DNA of 29,320 nt from Vulcanimicrobiota bacterium (GCA_003135555.1 PLCF01000066.1:1-29320); one strand, 5' to 3'; numbered from the stretch's first letter, positions 1 through 9,415 are shown. Translations and numbers: made by a program. Notes: a model not told the origin generated them from the letters alone.

Positions 1-252
1 CGCCATGGCGATCGCGTCCTGCAGCCTCAACCCGACGAACGGCTGCTGCTGCACGCCAACCAGGTCGCCGTTGGGAAGCGCGGTGACCGGGGCGCTGAAG
101 CTCGGCGCGACCGTCGGCACGGGCGGCAGCACGAACGGGACGGCCGTCGCCTGGGGCTCGGCCGTCTGAGCCCGCGCCGGCCCGGCGTACACGGCCGCCG
201 CGGCAAAGATACTCGCGCCTAGCGCGACAGCGATCCCACGCACCCGAGACAT
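1..252 (-). CDS. TolC-family outer membrane efflux protein, N-terminal part (runs off the window start)
   Basis: Manual translation from ATG at 252: MSRVRGIAVALGASIFAAAAVYAGPARAQ (signal peptide)...FVGLRLQDAIAMA, resembling the 'LTLxEAIxxAL' first helix of TolC proteins; lies directly downstream of the HlyD gene. Confidence 0.65.
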   Translation of the reverse strand, partial: MSRVRGIAVALGASIFAAAAVYAGPARAQTAEPQATAVPFVLPPVPTVAPSFSAPVTALPNGDLVGVQQQPFVGLRLQDAIAMA

Positions 253-259
253 CGCGCCG

Positions 260-1660
260 TTACTTGCCGGTCGCGATCGACGTGACCGCGTTCATCCCCA
301 CTCGCAGGGGCGTATCCGCGGGCGGGTTGTCGACGACGATGCGGACCGGCAGCCGTTGGGTGACCTTCACGAAGTTTCCGGTCGCGTTCTGGGCGGGAAC
401 CAGGCTGAACGTGTTCTGCGAGGCCGGTGCGATCGACGCGACGTGGCCGTGGAACGTGACGCCTTTGTAGGCGTCGATCGTGATGTCTACCGCCTGGCCG
501 ACCCTGACCTTGCCGAGCTGCGTCTCTTTGTAGTTCGCGGTGATGTAGATGCCCTTGGACGGAATCAGCGTCATCAACGACTGTCCCGGCGCCACCGCCA
601 TCCCGACTTCGACGTTCTTCGCGCCGACGACGCCGTCGATAGGCGCGCGAATGTCGGCGTTCGCCAGCCGGTCCTGCGCGGTCTTGAGCTGCGCCTGCAG
701 CGAGCCGGCCTGGGCGAACGCCGCGTCGGCCTGGGCCTGCGTCGCCGGGACGCGGTACGGATTGTCGGACTCGCTCAGGCGGCCTTGCGCAGACTGCAGC
801 TGACCCTGCTGCGCGCCGATCGCCGCGCTCGCCGCGCTGGTGGAGGCGATCGCGGCAGTATAGCGCGCCTGGGCCTGCGTGACCGCAGTCTGCGCCGCGG
901 CGACGTTGTCGAGCGCCGACTGATACTGCGCTTGCGCCTGCGCCTGGAGCGCGCGCTGCGCGTCGAGTTGCTGCGCGGCGACGTCACCGCTGCGGACCAG
1001 CGCCGTGTACCGCTGGAGGTCGGCGTTTGCGCGGGCCAGCGCCGCACGGCCCGACGGTACTTGCGATTGCGCCACCTTGAGCTGCGCCTCGGCCTGCGCA
1101 ATCGCGGCGCGCGCCGCATCGGCCTGCTGTTGCGCCGCCTGCGTCTGAGCCGACGCGCTCGCGATTTGGCTCTGCGCCGCCGCGACACCGCCCACGCCTT
1201 GCGTCGCCTGCGCCTGCACCTGCGCGCGCGTCAGCGCAACGTTCTCCTGGGCCGCACGCGCTTGCGCGCGCTGGGCCTCGAGCGCGGCACGCGCCTGCTG
1301 CACGGCATTCTGCTCGTCGGTGCGGTCGAGCCTGATGATGACCTGACCCTTGGTGACCGGAGCGTTCGTATCGACCAGGATGGCGGCGATGCGCTCTTGG
1401 ATCTTGCTCGTCACGGTGACCGTGTCGGCGTCGACCCGGGCGTCGTCGGTCGTTTGGTGCGTGGTCGAATAGGCCAAGTACCGGATGCCCCAGATCAAGA
1501 CCGCGATCACCACGATCGCGCCGATCACGAGCACCCACACGGGCGGCCGGCGGCGCTTGGTCGTCACCTCGGTCTCGATCGTGTCGATCGGTCCGCCGGG
1601 GACGGTGCGGCCTTCAACGGTGCCGCGGGGCTGCGGGGGCGCCTCGGTGCGCGTATCCAC
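260..1660 (-). CDS. HlyD/EmrA-family efflux membrane fusion (periplasmic adaptor) protein
   Basis: N-terminal TM, TDDARV motif, long A/Q coiled coil, IRAPIDG, ANYKETQL, FSLVPAQNATGNFVKVTQRLPVRI. Start moved to GTG 1660, just after the TetR stop, because the ORF-track start (1894) overlaps tetR. Confidence 0.93.
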   Translation of the reverse strand: MDTRTEAPPQPRGTVEGRTVPGGPIDTIETEVTTKRRRPPVWVLVIGAIVVIAVLIWGIRYLAYSTTHQTTDDARVDADTVTVTSKIQERIAAILVDTNAPVTKGQVIIRLDRTDEQNAVQQARAALEAQRAQARAAQENVALTRAQVQAQATQGVGGVAAAQSQIASASAQTQAAQQQADAARAAIAQAEAQLKVAQSQVPSGRAALARANADLQRYTALVRSGDVAAQQLDAQRALQAQAQAQYQSALDNVAAAQTAVTQAQARYTAAIASTSAASAAIGAQQGQLQSAQGRLSESDNPYRVPATQAQADAAFAQAGSLQAQLKTAQDRLANADIRAPIDGVVGAKNVEVGMAVAPGQSLMTLIPSKGIYITANYKETQLGKVRVGQAVDITIDAYKGVTFHGHVASIAPASQNTFSLVPAQNATGNFVKVTQRLPVRIVVDNPPADTPLRVGMNAVTSIATGK

Positions 1661-1661
1661 G

Positions 1662-2255
1662 TTAGGCTGAGACTCCGGACAAGAAACCATCGACCATCGC
1701 GTCGATCGTCGCGTGGTCCGGGACGACGCTGTCCCAGAGCTTGCGCCCCACGACGTACGAGAAGAACATGCCCAAGAAGTAACGGGCCACGAACGTCGGC
1801 TCGCCGCGCACGAGTCCGGCTCGTACCTTCTCGGTGAAGTACGCCGCCAGATCGTAGGCGATCTGCGCGGGACCGCGCCATTCCGGCGCGTCATCCGTGC
1901 CGGCGGCGTCTTCGGCCAGCGAGATGCACATCATCGCGCGCTTCGCGATCATGTGCTCGACCACGTAGTGCGCGATCGTCTTGAGATCGGCACGCAGATC
2001 GGTACCCGGAAGGGCACCCAGAATCGACCGGAACAGCTCGACGCCGCACGCTTGCTCGCGCATCGCATCGAGCAAGGCACGCTTGGAGCCGAAATGCCGG
2101 AACAACGTCGCCTCGTTGACGCCCGCGGTCTCGGCGACCTCGCGCGTCGTCGTCCCGCGGGTGCCGTTGCATTCGAACAGCTCCCGGGCGGCCGCCAGGA
2201 TCTTGGCGCGCGTCTCCTCGACGCCGGGATGCGAACGTTGCCCGGTTACCAGCAT
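1662..2255 (-). CDS. TetR/AcrR-family transcriptional regulator
   Basis: ILAAARELF...GTTTREVAETAGVNEATLFRHFGSK HTH signature; TAATG stop/start overlap with the upstream gene. Confidence 0.95.
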   Translation of the reverse strand: MLVTGQRSHPGVEETRAKILAAARELFECNGTRGTTTREVAETAGVNEATLFRHFGSKRALLDAMREQACGVELFRSILGALPGTDLRADLKTIAHYVVEHMIAKRAMMCISLAEDAAGTDDAPEWRGPAQIAYDLAAYFTEKVRAGLVRGEPTFVARYFLGMFFSYVVGRKLWDSVVPDHATIDAMVDGFLSGVSA

Positions 2256-3241
2256 TACTTGCTCTTCGTGAAGACCGAATCGTCTACGGCGACGTTCGTC
2301 TTATAGTCGGTATAGGTGCCGTGAGCCACGGCTTTCGCGTAGGGAATCGCGATCTCGGCATTCTGCTCGGCGAGCATCGAATAGCCCCCGACCTCGCGGA
2401 AGGTCTGGGTCATCGTGATGTGCCCTCCATTGTAGTAGTCATAACGGATCGAGTCGATGGCCCACGAGCTCGGATCCACCAGGACCGTCTCGTGATCGAT
2501 CATCCCGCGAACCCGTTGTACGAGCCGCAACTCGAGATCCTTACGGCCGCCGAATTCGTGTTCACCCTGATACGTCACGACGAAACGACGCTCCCAGCTC
2601 GACGGGTCCCCGATGTCGGTGAACATCTTGTCGAAGCCTTTGGCGAGCGGGGGCACCTTGTCGAAGACGACCTCGTAGCTCGACGGCCGCTTGTAGTACG
2701 TGGCGCCGTCGAGGTGCTGCCGCAAGAACGGAAACGAGGTCAGCCGGAGGTCGACGTGGAGCCGCCCCTGATAGGAGCTCAGGCTGGGATTGCGTTCTTC
2801 GACCCGGGCCAGAATGGTGGCCGGATCCGTCGGATGGTCGGCGCCCGCGAGCGCGGGGATACCGACCAAGGTCAGCACCGCGGCGAAGGATGCCGCCGTC
2901 AGGCGTCCCAGCAGGTTGGCGGCCCGCCGGGGCGCCTCCGCCGGACGGAGCGGAAACGCGAAAACGCGCTCGAGCCCGCTCAGCGCGAGGGTATTGCGGA
3001 CCGCGGCGCTGCGCGGGATGACTTCGATCGCGCCGCCGCGCTCGCGTAGCCGGCGCAGGCCGGTAACCAGCCCGGCGACGGTCTCGGGCGGGAGGCGTTC
3101 CCCGTCGAGGACAACCGTCAGCCGGCCCGCCTGCTCGCCGTCTTCGGCAAGCAGCGCGTCGACGGCGGCGGCGACCCGCGTACGGGCCTCGGGATCGTCG
3201 GCATTCAATTGGATCTGCGTATGATGCGGTGTCGGTTCCAT
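2255..3241 (-). CDS. Fusion protein: STAS-like domain + TM/signal segment + LolA-like (lipoprotein-carrier fold) periplasmic domain
   Basis: N-terminal 'GLVTGLRRLRERGGAIEV...AVRNTLALSGLERVF' is STAS-like; hydrophobic segment ending 'PALAGAD'; beta-rich C-domain ending 'YTDYKTNVAVDDSVF', typical of LolA-like folds. Start taken at ATG 3241. Confidence 0.6.
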   Translation of the reverse strand: MEPTPHHTQIQLNADDPEARTRVAAAVDALLAEDGEQAGRLTVVLDGERLPPETVAGLVTGLRRLRERGGAIEVIPRSAAVRNTLALSGLERVFAFPLRPAEAPRRAANLLGRLTAASFAAVLTLVGIPALAGADHPTDPATILARVEERNPSLSSYQGRLHVDLRLTSFPFLRQHLDGATYYKRPSSYEVVFDKVPPLAKGFDKMFTDIGDPSSWERRFVVTYQGEHEFGGRKDLELRLVQRVRGMIDHETVLVDPSSWAIDSIRYDYYNGGHITMTQTFREVGGYSMLAEQNAEIAIPYAKAVAHGTYTDYKTNVAVDDSVFTKSK

Positions 3242-3249
3242 GATTCTCA

Positions 3250-3314
3250 TGCGTGTAGGTACTTGCACGAACACGATAGCACGGCGCTTGTATTCATGCA
3301 AGTACCCGCTTGCA
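3250..3314 (-). promoter_or_regulatory. Sigma70-type promoter of the efflux operon with two 18-bp operator-like palindromes
   Basis: Minus strand TTGCAT (3301-3296), 17 nt, TATCGT (3278-3273) with upstream TG (extended -10). Palindrome TGCAAG-N6-CTTGCA at 3297-3314; degenerate copy TGCGTG-N6-CTTGCA at 3250-3267. Confidence 0.6.
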
Positions 3315-3323
3315 ATTCAGTGC

Positions 3324-4106
3324 GTGCGACTACCTGATCTAGCCGTGCTCGGCGAGCAAACGGGACTCGGCGCGGCCCAGATTCATGTCCGCCGGCTCGC
3401 CCCCGACGGCCCAAACTGGACCCGGGACGACGGACGCACCGTCTACCCCGCTTCGCTCATCAAGCTGCCGCTGGCAACCGCGGCGGCCGCGGCGATCGCC
3501 GCCGGCCGGCTGGACTGGGAAACGGCCGTGACCGTCCAGGCGCGCAATCTCACCCTCAACGACGCGCCCTCGCCCTGCGTGGCCGGCTACCGTTCGACGG
3601 TGCGAGAGCTCGCGACGCTGATGCTGCAGCGCTCCGACAACGTCGCTACCAATCAGCTGTACGACCTTCTGGGCCGCGACCGGGCCACCGCCGACGTGCA
3701 AGCGCTCGGCTACCCGGAGATCGTTTTCCGGCGCAAGTTGTCGGGTGCGCTGCCGCTCATCGACGACCCTGACGCCACCGGGCGCAACGTGTTCCCGGCC
3801 GCGGCCGCAGCGCGGCTTTTGACTGCCATCGCCGAGCGGCGGGTGCCGCACGCGGACGTGCTGCTGAACATTTTGTCGACGTCGTGGTGGGACGTGAAGC
3901 TTTCCCGCGGGCTCGAGCCGGCCGACCGCTTCGCGCACAAGACCGGCGACACCGACGAGGTCGCGCACGACGCCGGGATCCTCACGCTGCCCGGCGGCGC
4001 ACGCTGGGTGGTCGTCGTCTACACCCAGCTCGCGAGCAGCGACGAGGCCGATGCGCGCTTCGGCGAATTCATGCGCGCGCTGCGTCCGTTTCTGCTCGCG
4101 GCGTAG
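3324..4106 (+). CDS. Serine hydrolase, class A beta-lactamase-like (Beta-lactamase2 family)
   Basis: SxxK (YPASLIK), SDN (QRSDNVATN) and KTG (AHKTG) motifs; no signal peptide; start uncertain (GTG 3324 chosen). Confidence 0.85.
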   Translation: MRLPDLAVLGEQTGLGAAQIHVRRLAPDGPNWTRDDGRTVYPASLIKLPLATAAAAAIAAGRLDWETAVTVQARNLTLNDAPSPCVAGYRSTVRELATLMLQRSDNVATNQLYDLLGRDRATADVQALGYPEIVFRRKLSGALPLIDDPDATGRNVFPAAAAARLLTAIAERRVPHADVLLNILSTSWWDVKLSRGLEPADRFAHKTGDTDEVAHDAGILTLPGGARWVVVVYTQLASSDEADARFGEFMRALRPFLLAA

Positions 4107-4186
4107 CAGAGCGCGCCGCCGGCCGGAGGAGCGCTCCGCACACTTGCGAACGGCCGTTCAACCAACCAGAACGCAGGAGTCATAGG

Positions 4187-5323
4187 ATGAATCGAACCAC
4201 GGTCCCGGTGCTTGCGCTGCTCGCGATCGCCGCGCTCGTCGCGCCTTCCGGCGCGGCGTCCAAAGGCCCCGCGGCCGGCAAGACGGTCCACGTCGGCGTG
4301 ATCGCCGACGTCACCGGCGGCGCCGGAATCTACGGCACGCCGCAAAAGAACGCGTACGAGCTCGCCAACGACGACGTCAAGAGCGGCAAGATCGACGCCG
4401 GCGGCGCGAACCTGACCTTCGATGTCGCCGACGCGGCGACCGACGGCGCTCAGGTCGTCAACCTGATGCAGAAATTCACCACCGACGGTCAGACCGTGAT
4501 CGTGCTCGGGCCCACGCTCTCGGGCGAGGCGTTCAAGGCCTTCCCGATCGCCGCCAAAGCGAACTTTCCGGTCATGGGGACGTCGACGACCGCCGAAGGC
4601 GTCACCGCAATGGGCTCGTCGGTGTATCGCGACGCGCTCGCCGAGTCGCAGGTCATCCCGACCACGGTGAAACGCACGCACGACAAATGGCACTACAAGA
4701 CCGCCGCGATCATCTACGGCGACGACAACGCGTTCACCAAGACCGACTACGATGTGTTCGCTCGCGAGTTCAAAGCCGCCGGTGTCGACATCGTCGACGT
4801 CGAGACGTTCCACATCAAGGATACTGATTTCCAGGCCGCGCTCACCCGCATCGAGTCCAAGCATCCCGACGTGATCGCGATCGGCGGCCTGTTCCCCGAA
4901 GCCACCAAGATCATCCAGCAGGCGGGCAAACTGGGGATGAAGACGCACATGGTCGGCGGCAACGGGCTCAACGCCCCCGACATGTACAGCGTAGCCGGGC
5001 CGGCGTCGCAAGGGACGGTCGTCGGCGCCGCGTGGTTCTCAGGCGCGAAGTACTCCTCGAACCTCGACTTCGTCAAGCACTACTCGGCGAAGTACGGCAA
5101 AGGTCCGGACCAATTCGCCGCTCAGTCCTACGCCGCCGCGCAGATCGTGGCGTACCTCGTCGCGCACGGGGCGACGACCAAGGACGAGATGTCGGCCGCC
5201 CTCAAGAACGTGCGGGTCATCCAGACCGTGCTGGGCCCGATCGGCTTCGATCAGAATCGCGACGTCAAGTCCTCACCGGTGATCCTATCGATCGTAAAAG
5301 ACGGCTTCGCCTATTTTCACTAG
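4187..5323 (+). CDS. Branched-chain amino acid ABC transporter substrate-binding protein (LivJ/K-like)
   Basis: Signal peptide MNRTTVPVLALLAIAALVAPSGA after AGGAG; VLGPTLSG, DTDFQAALTRI and PDQFAAQSY motifs; first gene of a liv cluster. Confidence 0.92.
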   Translation: MNRTTVPVLALLAIAALVAPSGAASKGPAAGKTVHVGVIADVTGGAGIYGTPQKNAYELANDDVKSGKIDAGGANLTFDVADAATDGAQVVNLMQKFTTDGQTVIVLGPTLSGEAFKAFPIAAKANFPVMGTSTTAEGVTAMGSSVYRDALAESQVIPTTVKRTHDKWHYKTAAIIYGDDNAFTKTDYDVFAREFKAAGVDIVDVETFHIKDTDFQAALTRIESKHPDVIAIGGLFPEATKIIQQAGKLGMKTHMVGGNGLNAPDMYSVAGPASQGTVVGAAWFSGAKYSSNLDFVKHYSAKYGKGPDQFAAQSYAAAQIVAYLVAHGATTKDEMSAALKNVRVIQTVLGPIGFDQNRDVKSSPVILSIVKDGFAYFH

Positions 5324-5396
5324 CGTAGGGCGGTAGGAGGACGAGGGCACGGTGATGGAGCGAGCGCAGGAAGATCGCGACGTCACCACATTGTCG

Positions 5397-5461
5397 TTGC
5401 GAGCTCGGATTCGGGGGCCCCACGCTTTGCGTGGGGGGCGCGGAGCCTGGGGCGGAGCGCC
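5397..5461 (-). repeat. Dispersed palindromic (REP/MITE-like) element, intergenic copy
   Basis: Reverse complement GGCGCTCCGCCCCAGGCTCCGCGCCCCCCACGCAAAGCGTGGGGCCCCCGAATCCGAGCTCGCAA closely matches 13937-14000. Confidence 0.8.
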
Positions 5462-5467
5462 GTTAGA

Positions 5468-6349
5468 ATGATCGCACAGCAGCTCTTTAACGGGCTGTTC
5501 CTGGGCGCGGTGTATGCGCTGTTTGCGGTTGGGTACACGTTGGTGTTCGGGGTGCTTGACATCCTGAACTTGGCGCATGCGGCCATTTTTACGGCGGCTG
5601 CGTTCGTGGCGCTCTCGCTGGCGCTGGCGGGGATGCCGCTGCCGCTGGCATTTCTCGTGGCGGCGGCGGTTGCGGGGATCATCGGGATCCTGCTCGACCG
5701 CGTTGCGTTCGCGCCGTTGCGGGCGCGCAACGCGGGGACGCTGGTTCCGTTGATCTCGTCGATCGGCGTCGCTATCATCATCGGCGCGATCATGCGCGGG
5801 ATCTATGGCGTCGACGAGCGGCACTTCACGACCGGCGGCCTCGAAACCGTGCCGGCGATTCGGCTGGGCCCGGTGACGTTCACCACCGTCGAACTCGCGA
5901 TCTTCCTCTCCGCCGTGGCGCTGATGCTCGTGCTGAGCTGGGTGTTGCGATCGACGACGCTGGGCCGGCGCATCCGGGCGGTCGCGGAAGACCGCATCGC
6001 GGCGGCGCTGCTGGGCGTCGATCTCGAGCGCACGATCGCGGCAACGTTTTTCATCGCCTCGTCGCTGGGGGGCGCGGCCGGCGTTCTCACCGGGCTGGAA
6101 TACAACAGCGTGACGCTCGACATGGGCGGTCCCATCGAGCTCAAGGGGCTCGCGGTGATCATCTTGGGCGGGATGGGGAGCGTCACCGGCGCGGTCATCG
6201 GCGGCTTCATCCTGGGTGCGGTCGAGACGCTGGCGGTCGCGTACGGTGCCTCGGCCTGGCGCGACGCGATCGTCTTCGGCGTGATGTTCGTACTGCTCGT
6301 CGCGCGACCGACGGGGTTGTTCGGCAAGCGCGCGCTGCGCCAAGCGTGA
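5468..6349 (+). CDS. livH: Branched-chain amino acid ABC transporter permease LivH
   Basis: QQLFNGLFLGAVYALFAVGYTLVFGVLDILNLAH; GRRIRAVAED; ILGGMGSVTGA. Confidence 0.92.
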   Translation: MIAQQLFNGLFLGAVYALFAVGYTLVFGVLDILNLAHAAIFTAAAFVALSLALAGMPLPLAFLVAAAVAGIIGILLDRVAFAPLRARNAGTLVPLISSIGVAIIIGAIMRGIYGVDERHFTTGGLETVPAIRLGPVTFTTVELAIFLSAVALMLVLSWVLRSTTLGRRIRAVAEDRIAAALLGVDLERTIAATFFIASSLGGAAGVLTGLEYNSVTLDMGGPIELKGLAVIILGGMGSVTGAVIGGFILGAVETLAVAYGASAWRDAIVFGVMFVLLVARPTGLFGKRALRQA

Positions 6350-6368
6350 ACCGGGGCGCGCGCTCGTC

Positions 6369-7247
6369 ATGACCCTCCTGGCGGACTTTTATGCCAAGCA
6401 CTCCCGCTTGATCGACCAAATCGGCGTCAACGCGATCCTCGCGCTGTCGCTCTCGGTTTCGCTCCAAGCCGGACAGCTGGCCCTCGCACAGGCCGCATTC
6501 ATGGGGATCGCGGCCTACGTGTCGGCGATGCTCGCGCTTAACGCCCACTGGCCGCTCGTGGCGACGATCGCCGTCGCGATGCTGGTTTCCACCGTCGTCG
6601 CAGCGCTGTTGGCCTATCCGGTTCGGCGCTTGCGCGGCGTCTTTCTCGCGATCGCGACCATCGGATTCGGCGAAATCGTGCGCGTCTGCGCCAATAACCT
6701 CGGATCGATACAGTTCGCCGGAAGAACGGTGCAGCTGACCGGCGGCGCCGAGGGCTTGAGCGGAATCCCCAACGACGCGACGACGCTTGTGATCTACGCT
6801 TCGCTGGCGTTCGTCGCGCTGGCGCTGGTGCTGATCTCGCGCACGAAGTTCGCCCTGGCCGTTGCGCTGGTGCGTGAGGACGAGTATGCCGCGCGCGGCG
6901 TGGGGATCGACGTGGGGGCGGTCCGGACCCTGTCGCTGGCGCTCGGCGGGGCGATCGCGGGCTTGGGAGGCGCGCTGTACGCGCACGCCTCCTTCTTCAT
7001 CACACCCACCGACTTCGGCTTCGCCCGCATGGAGCAGATCCTGGTTTGGTGCGTGGTCGGCGGGGTTACCAGTCCGTTCGGCGCCGTGCTGGGGGCCACG
7101 CTGCTCTCGATCCTGCCCGAAGCGATCCGCTTTCTCGCCGACTACCGCGAGATCAGCAACGGCGTGATCCTGCTCGCGGTGATCCTGTTCGCTCCCGGCG
7201 GTCTTTCGTCGCTGTGGCGCCGCGGCGCGGTTCGCGTCCGCTCGTGA
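6369..7247 (+). CDS. livM: Branched-chain amino acid ABC transporter permease LivM
   Basis: AGQLALAQAAFMGIAAY; RLRGVFLAIATIGFGEIVR; LTGGAEGL; VREDE. Confidence 0.9.
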   Translation: MTLLADFYAKHSRLIDQIGVNAILALSLSVSLQAGQLALAQAAFMGIAAYVSAMLALNAHWPLVATIAVAMLVSTVVAALLAYPVRRLRGVFLAIATIGFGEIVRVCANNLGSIQFAGRTVQLTGGAEGLSGIPNDATTLVIYASLAFVALALVLISRTKFALAVALVREDEYAARGVGIDVGAVRTLSLALGGAIAGLGGALYAHASFFITPTDFGFARMEQILVWCVVGGVTSPFGAVLGATLLSILPEAIRFLADYREISNGVILLAVILFAPGGLSSLWRRGAVRVRS

Positions 7248-7260
7248 GGTCAGGCGCGAG

Positions 7261-7983
7261 GTGAGCTTGGTGTTCGAAAACGTCGGCGTCCGTTACGGCG
7301 GGGTCGATGCGCTGCGCGCCGTCACGCTCTCGATCGAGCGCGGCCACGTCCTGGGTTTGATCGGCCCAAACGGTGCCGGCAAGACCACCCTCGTCAACGC
7401 GACGACCGGGCTGGCGCCGCTCGCCTCGGGGACGATCGCGCTCGACGGGCAGCGCATCGACGGACTGCCGACGCACCGCATCGCGCGCTCCGGCATCGCG
7501 CGCACCTATCAGAACATTCGCTTGTTCGGGGCGCTCGACGTCCGTGCGAACCTCGCCGCCGGCGGGTACGCGCGTCGCACGCGGGCGACCGCGGCCGAGA
7601 TCCGGTCGTTGCTCGAGCGCGCGGGGATCGAGCGTCTCGACCTCGCCGCGCGGGCGGGCTCGCTGCCGTACGGCGATCAGCGCCGGCTGGAGATCGCGCG
7701 CGCGCTGGCCATGGCGCCGGCGGTGTTGATGCTCGATGAGCCGGCGGCGGGGATGAACCCGTCGGAGACGACGCGCTTGGTCGAAACGATTCGCGCGATC
7801 GCCGCCGGCGGCATCGCCGTGTTGCTGATCGAGCACGACATGACCCTCGTCCGCGCCGCCTGCGACTCCGTGGTCGTCCTCAACTTCGGCGAGCTGATCG
7901 CCCGCGGTACGCCCGCGCAGGTCGCGCGCGACCCGGTCGTCGTCGAAGCCTATTTGGGCAGCGGCGCCGAGGCGCTGGCATGA
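7261..7983 (+). CDS. livG: Branched-chain amino acid ABC transporter ATP-binding protein LivG
   Basis: Walker A GPNGAGKTT; RTYQNIRLF; LPYGDQRRLEIARALA; LDEPAAGMNP; IEHDM. Confidence 0.93.
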   Translation: MSLVFENVGVRYGGVDALRAVTLSIERGHVLGLIGPNGAGKTTLVNATTGLAPLASGTIALDGQRIDGLPTHRIARSGIARTYQNIRLFGALDVRANLAAGGYARRTRATAAEIRSLLERAGIERLDLAARAGSLPYGDQRRLEIARALAMAPAVLMLDEPAAGMNPSETTRLVETIRAIAAGGIAVLLIEHDMTLVRAACDSVVVLNFGELIARGTPAQVARDPVVVEAYLGSGAEALA

Positions 7984-8720
7984 CCGAGCCGGCGCCCAGT
8001 GCGGTCACGGCCGCGCCGGCGTTGCTCGCGGTCGAGTCCATGCGGGCCGGATACGGCAACATCGAAGTGTTGCACGACGTCTCGATCGAGCTCGCCACCG
8101 GGACGCTGTGCGCGATCGTCGGCGCGAACGGCGCCGGCAAGACCACCCTTTTGATGGCGCTGGCCGGCATCGTGCCGGCGCGCAGCGGCCGCGTCCGCTT
8201 CGACGGGGCGGAGATCACCCGGCTCGCCTCGCACGAGCGGGTGCGGCGCGGCCTCGTCCTGGTGCCCGAAGGGCGCCGCATGCTGCCCGGGATGAGCGTC
8301 GAGGAAAACCTCCAGGTCGCCGCCGGCGCTCGCGGCGCGGCGGGGTTCGCGCGGATCGAGGGGCTGTTCGACCGTTTCCCGATCCTGCGCACCCGGCGCA
8401 ACCTCCCGGCCGGCTCGCTATCCGGCGGTGAGCAGCAGATGCTCGCGATCGCCCGAGCCTTGGCGATCGGGCCCGCGGCCCTGCTGCTCGACGAGCCGTC
8501 GATGGGCCTCGCCCCCAAGCTCGTCGACGAGATCTTCTCGATCATCGCCGACGAGCGCCGGCACGGCACCTCGATCCTGCTCGTCGAGCAGAACGCGCGC
8601 CGTGCGCTCGCGCTCGCCGATTCCGCCTACGTCATGGAACGCGGTCGCGTCGTGCTCAGCGGTACCGGGGCGGAGCTTGCGACGCACCGCGACGTGGTCG
8701 CAGCCTACCTCGGCGGCTGA
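7980..8720 (+). CDS. livF: Branched-chain amino acid ABC transporter ATP-binding protein LivF
   Basis: GANGAGKTT; VPEGRR; LSGGEQQMLAIARAL; LDEPSMGLAP; VEQNA. Confidence 0.93.
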   Translation: MTEPAPSAVTAAPALLAVESMRAGYGNIEVLHDVSIELATGTLCAIVGANGAGKTTLLMALAGIVPARSGRVRFDGAEITRLASHERVRRGLVLVPEGRRMLPGMSVEENLQVAAGARGAAGFARIEGLFDRFPILRTRRNLPAGSLSGGEQQMLAIARALAIGPAALLLDEPSMGLAPKLVDEIFSIIADERRHGTSILLVEQNARRALALADSAYVMERGRVVLSGTGAELATHRDVVAAYLGG

Positions 8721-8738
8721 GAACCGTTCGCGGAAACG

Positions 8739-8840
8739 GTGGAACACTGTGAGGCCCGGTGGATAACCTCACATTCTTGTGGACGAGCGCATCATCCGGG
8801 CGCTCGACCCCTTGCGGAGCCCTCACCGCCGCCGTATGAT
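8739..8840 (+). promoter_or_regulatory. Unit 1 promoter with phased GTGGA boxes
   Basis: GTGGA at 8739, 8759, 8779; TTGCGG 8812-8817, 17 nt, TATGAT 8835-8840. Confidence 0.75.
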
Positions 8841-8846
8841 CCGCAC

Positions 8847-9010
8847 ACGTCGGAGGCAACGAAGACGCGCGAGTGACGAGAAGCTCGCCGGCAGCAATGC
8901 CGATTCGAAGTTCGACGCCGTCTTGGCCGATGAATAATTGGCGAGGACACGCGCAGATCGATTCCCGTGCTATCGAAGCCGTTTGGGGAAACCCGGACGG
9001 CTTTGTCGCA
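8847..9010 (+). ncRNA. Putative structured ncRNA, copy 1 (short form, ~164 nt)
   Basis: Starts at A, 7 nt after the -10; shares stems with copies 2-4; the P3 insert is reduced to CGGCA-GCAA-TGCCG. Confidence 0.7.
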
Positions 9011-9092
9011 TCTCGACGTCCGCGGCGCCGGGGGGGCGAGCTCACCGGCTCCGCCTGTGCGTGCGAACGGGGGGAGGCCGGCCGTCTGCGCT

Positions 9093-9203
9093 GTGGATTG
9101 CGGGGATTGATGTGGGTTGGCGTGGAGAAGTCACATTTCTTGTGGACAAGCCGCGTTTGCGGGTTTGAGGGTATTGCGCCGCTGGGCGAGCTGCACGTAT
9201 GAT
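9093..9203 (+). promoter_or_regulatory. Unit 2 promoter with phased GTGGA boxes
   Basis: Boxes at 9093, 9102, 9112, 9122, 9142; TTGCGC 9174-9179, 18 nt, TATGAT 9198-9203. Confidence 0.75.
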
Positions 9204-9209
9204 GCGATC

Positions 9210-9415
9210 ACGTCGAAGGCAACGACGACGGGCGAGCGACGAGAAGCTCGCCGGCGCAGAAACGATGACGCGAGGCGCAAGTTGAGCGGCATTTGAACGA
9301 AACGCCGATTCGAAGTTCGACGCCGTCTTGGCCGATGAAAGTTGGCGAGGACACGCGCAGATCGATCCTCGTGCTGATTGAAGCCACGTAGGGAAACTTA
9401 CGGGGCTTCGTCGCA
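9210..9415 (+). ncRNA. Putative structured ncRNA, copy 2 (~206 nt)
   Basis: Same stem order; GNRA loops (GCAA, GAAA); 3' hairpin GAAGCCACGTAGG-GAAA-CTTACGGGGCTTC. Confidence 0.7.
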
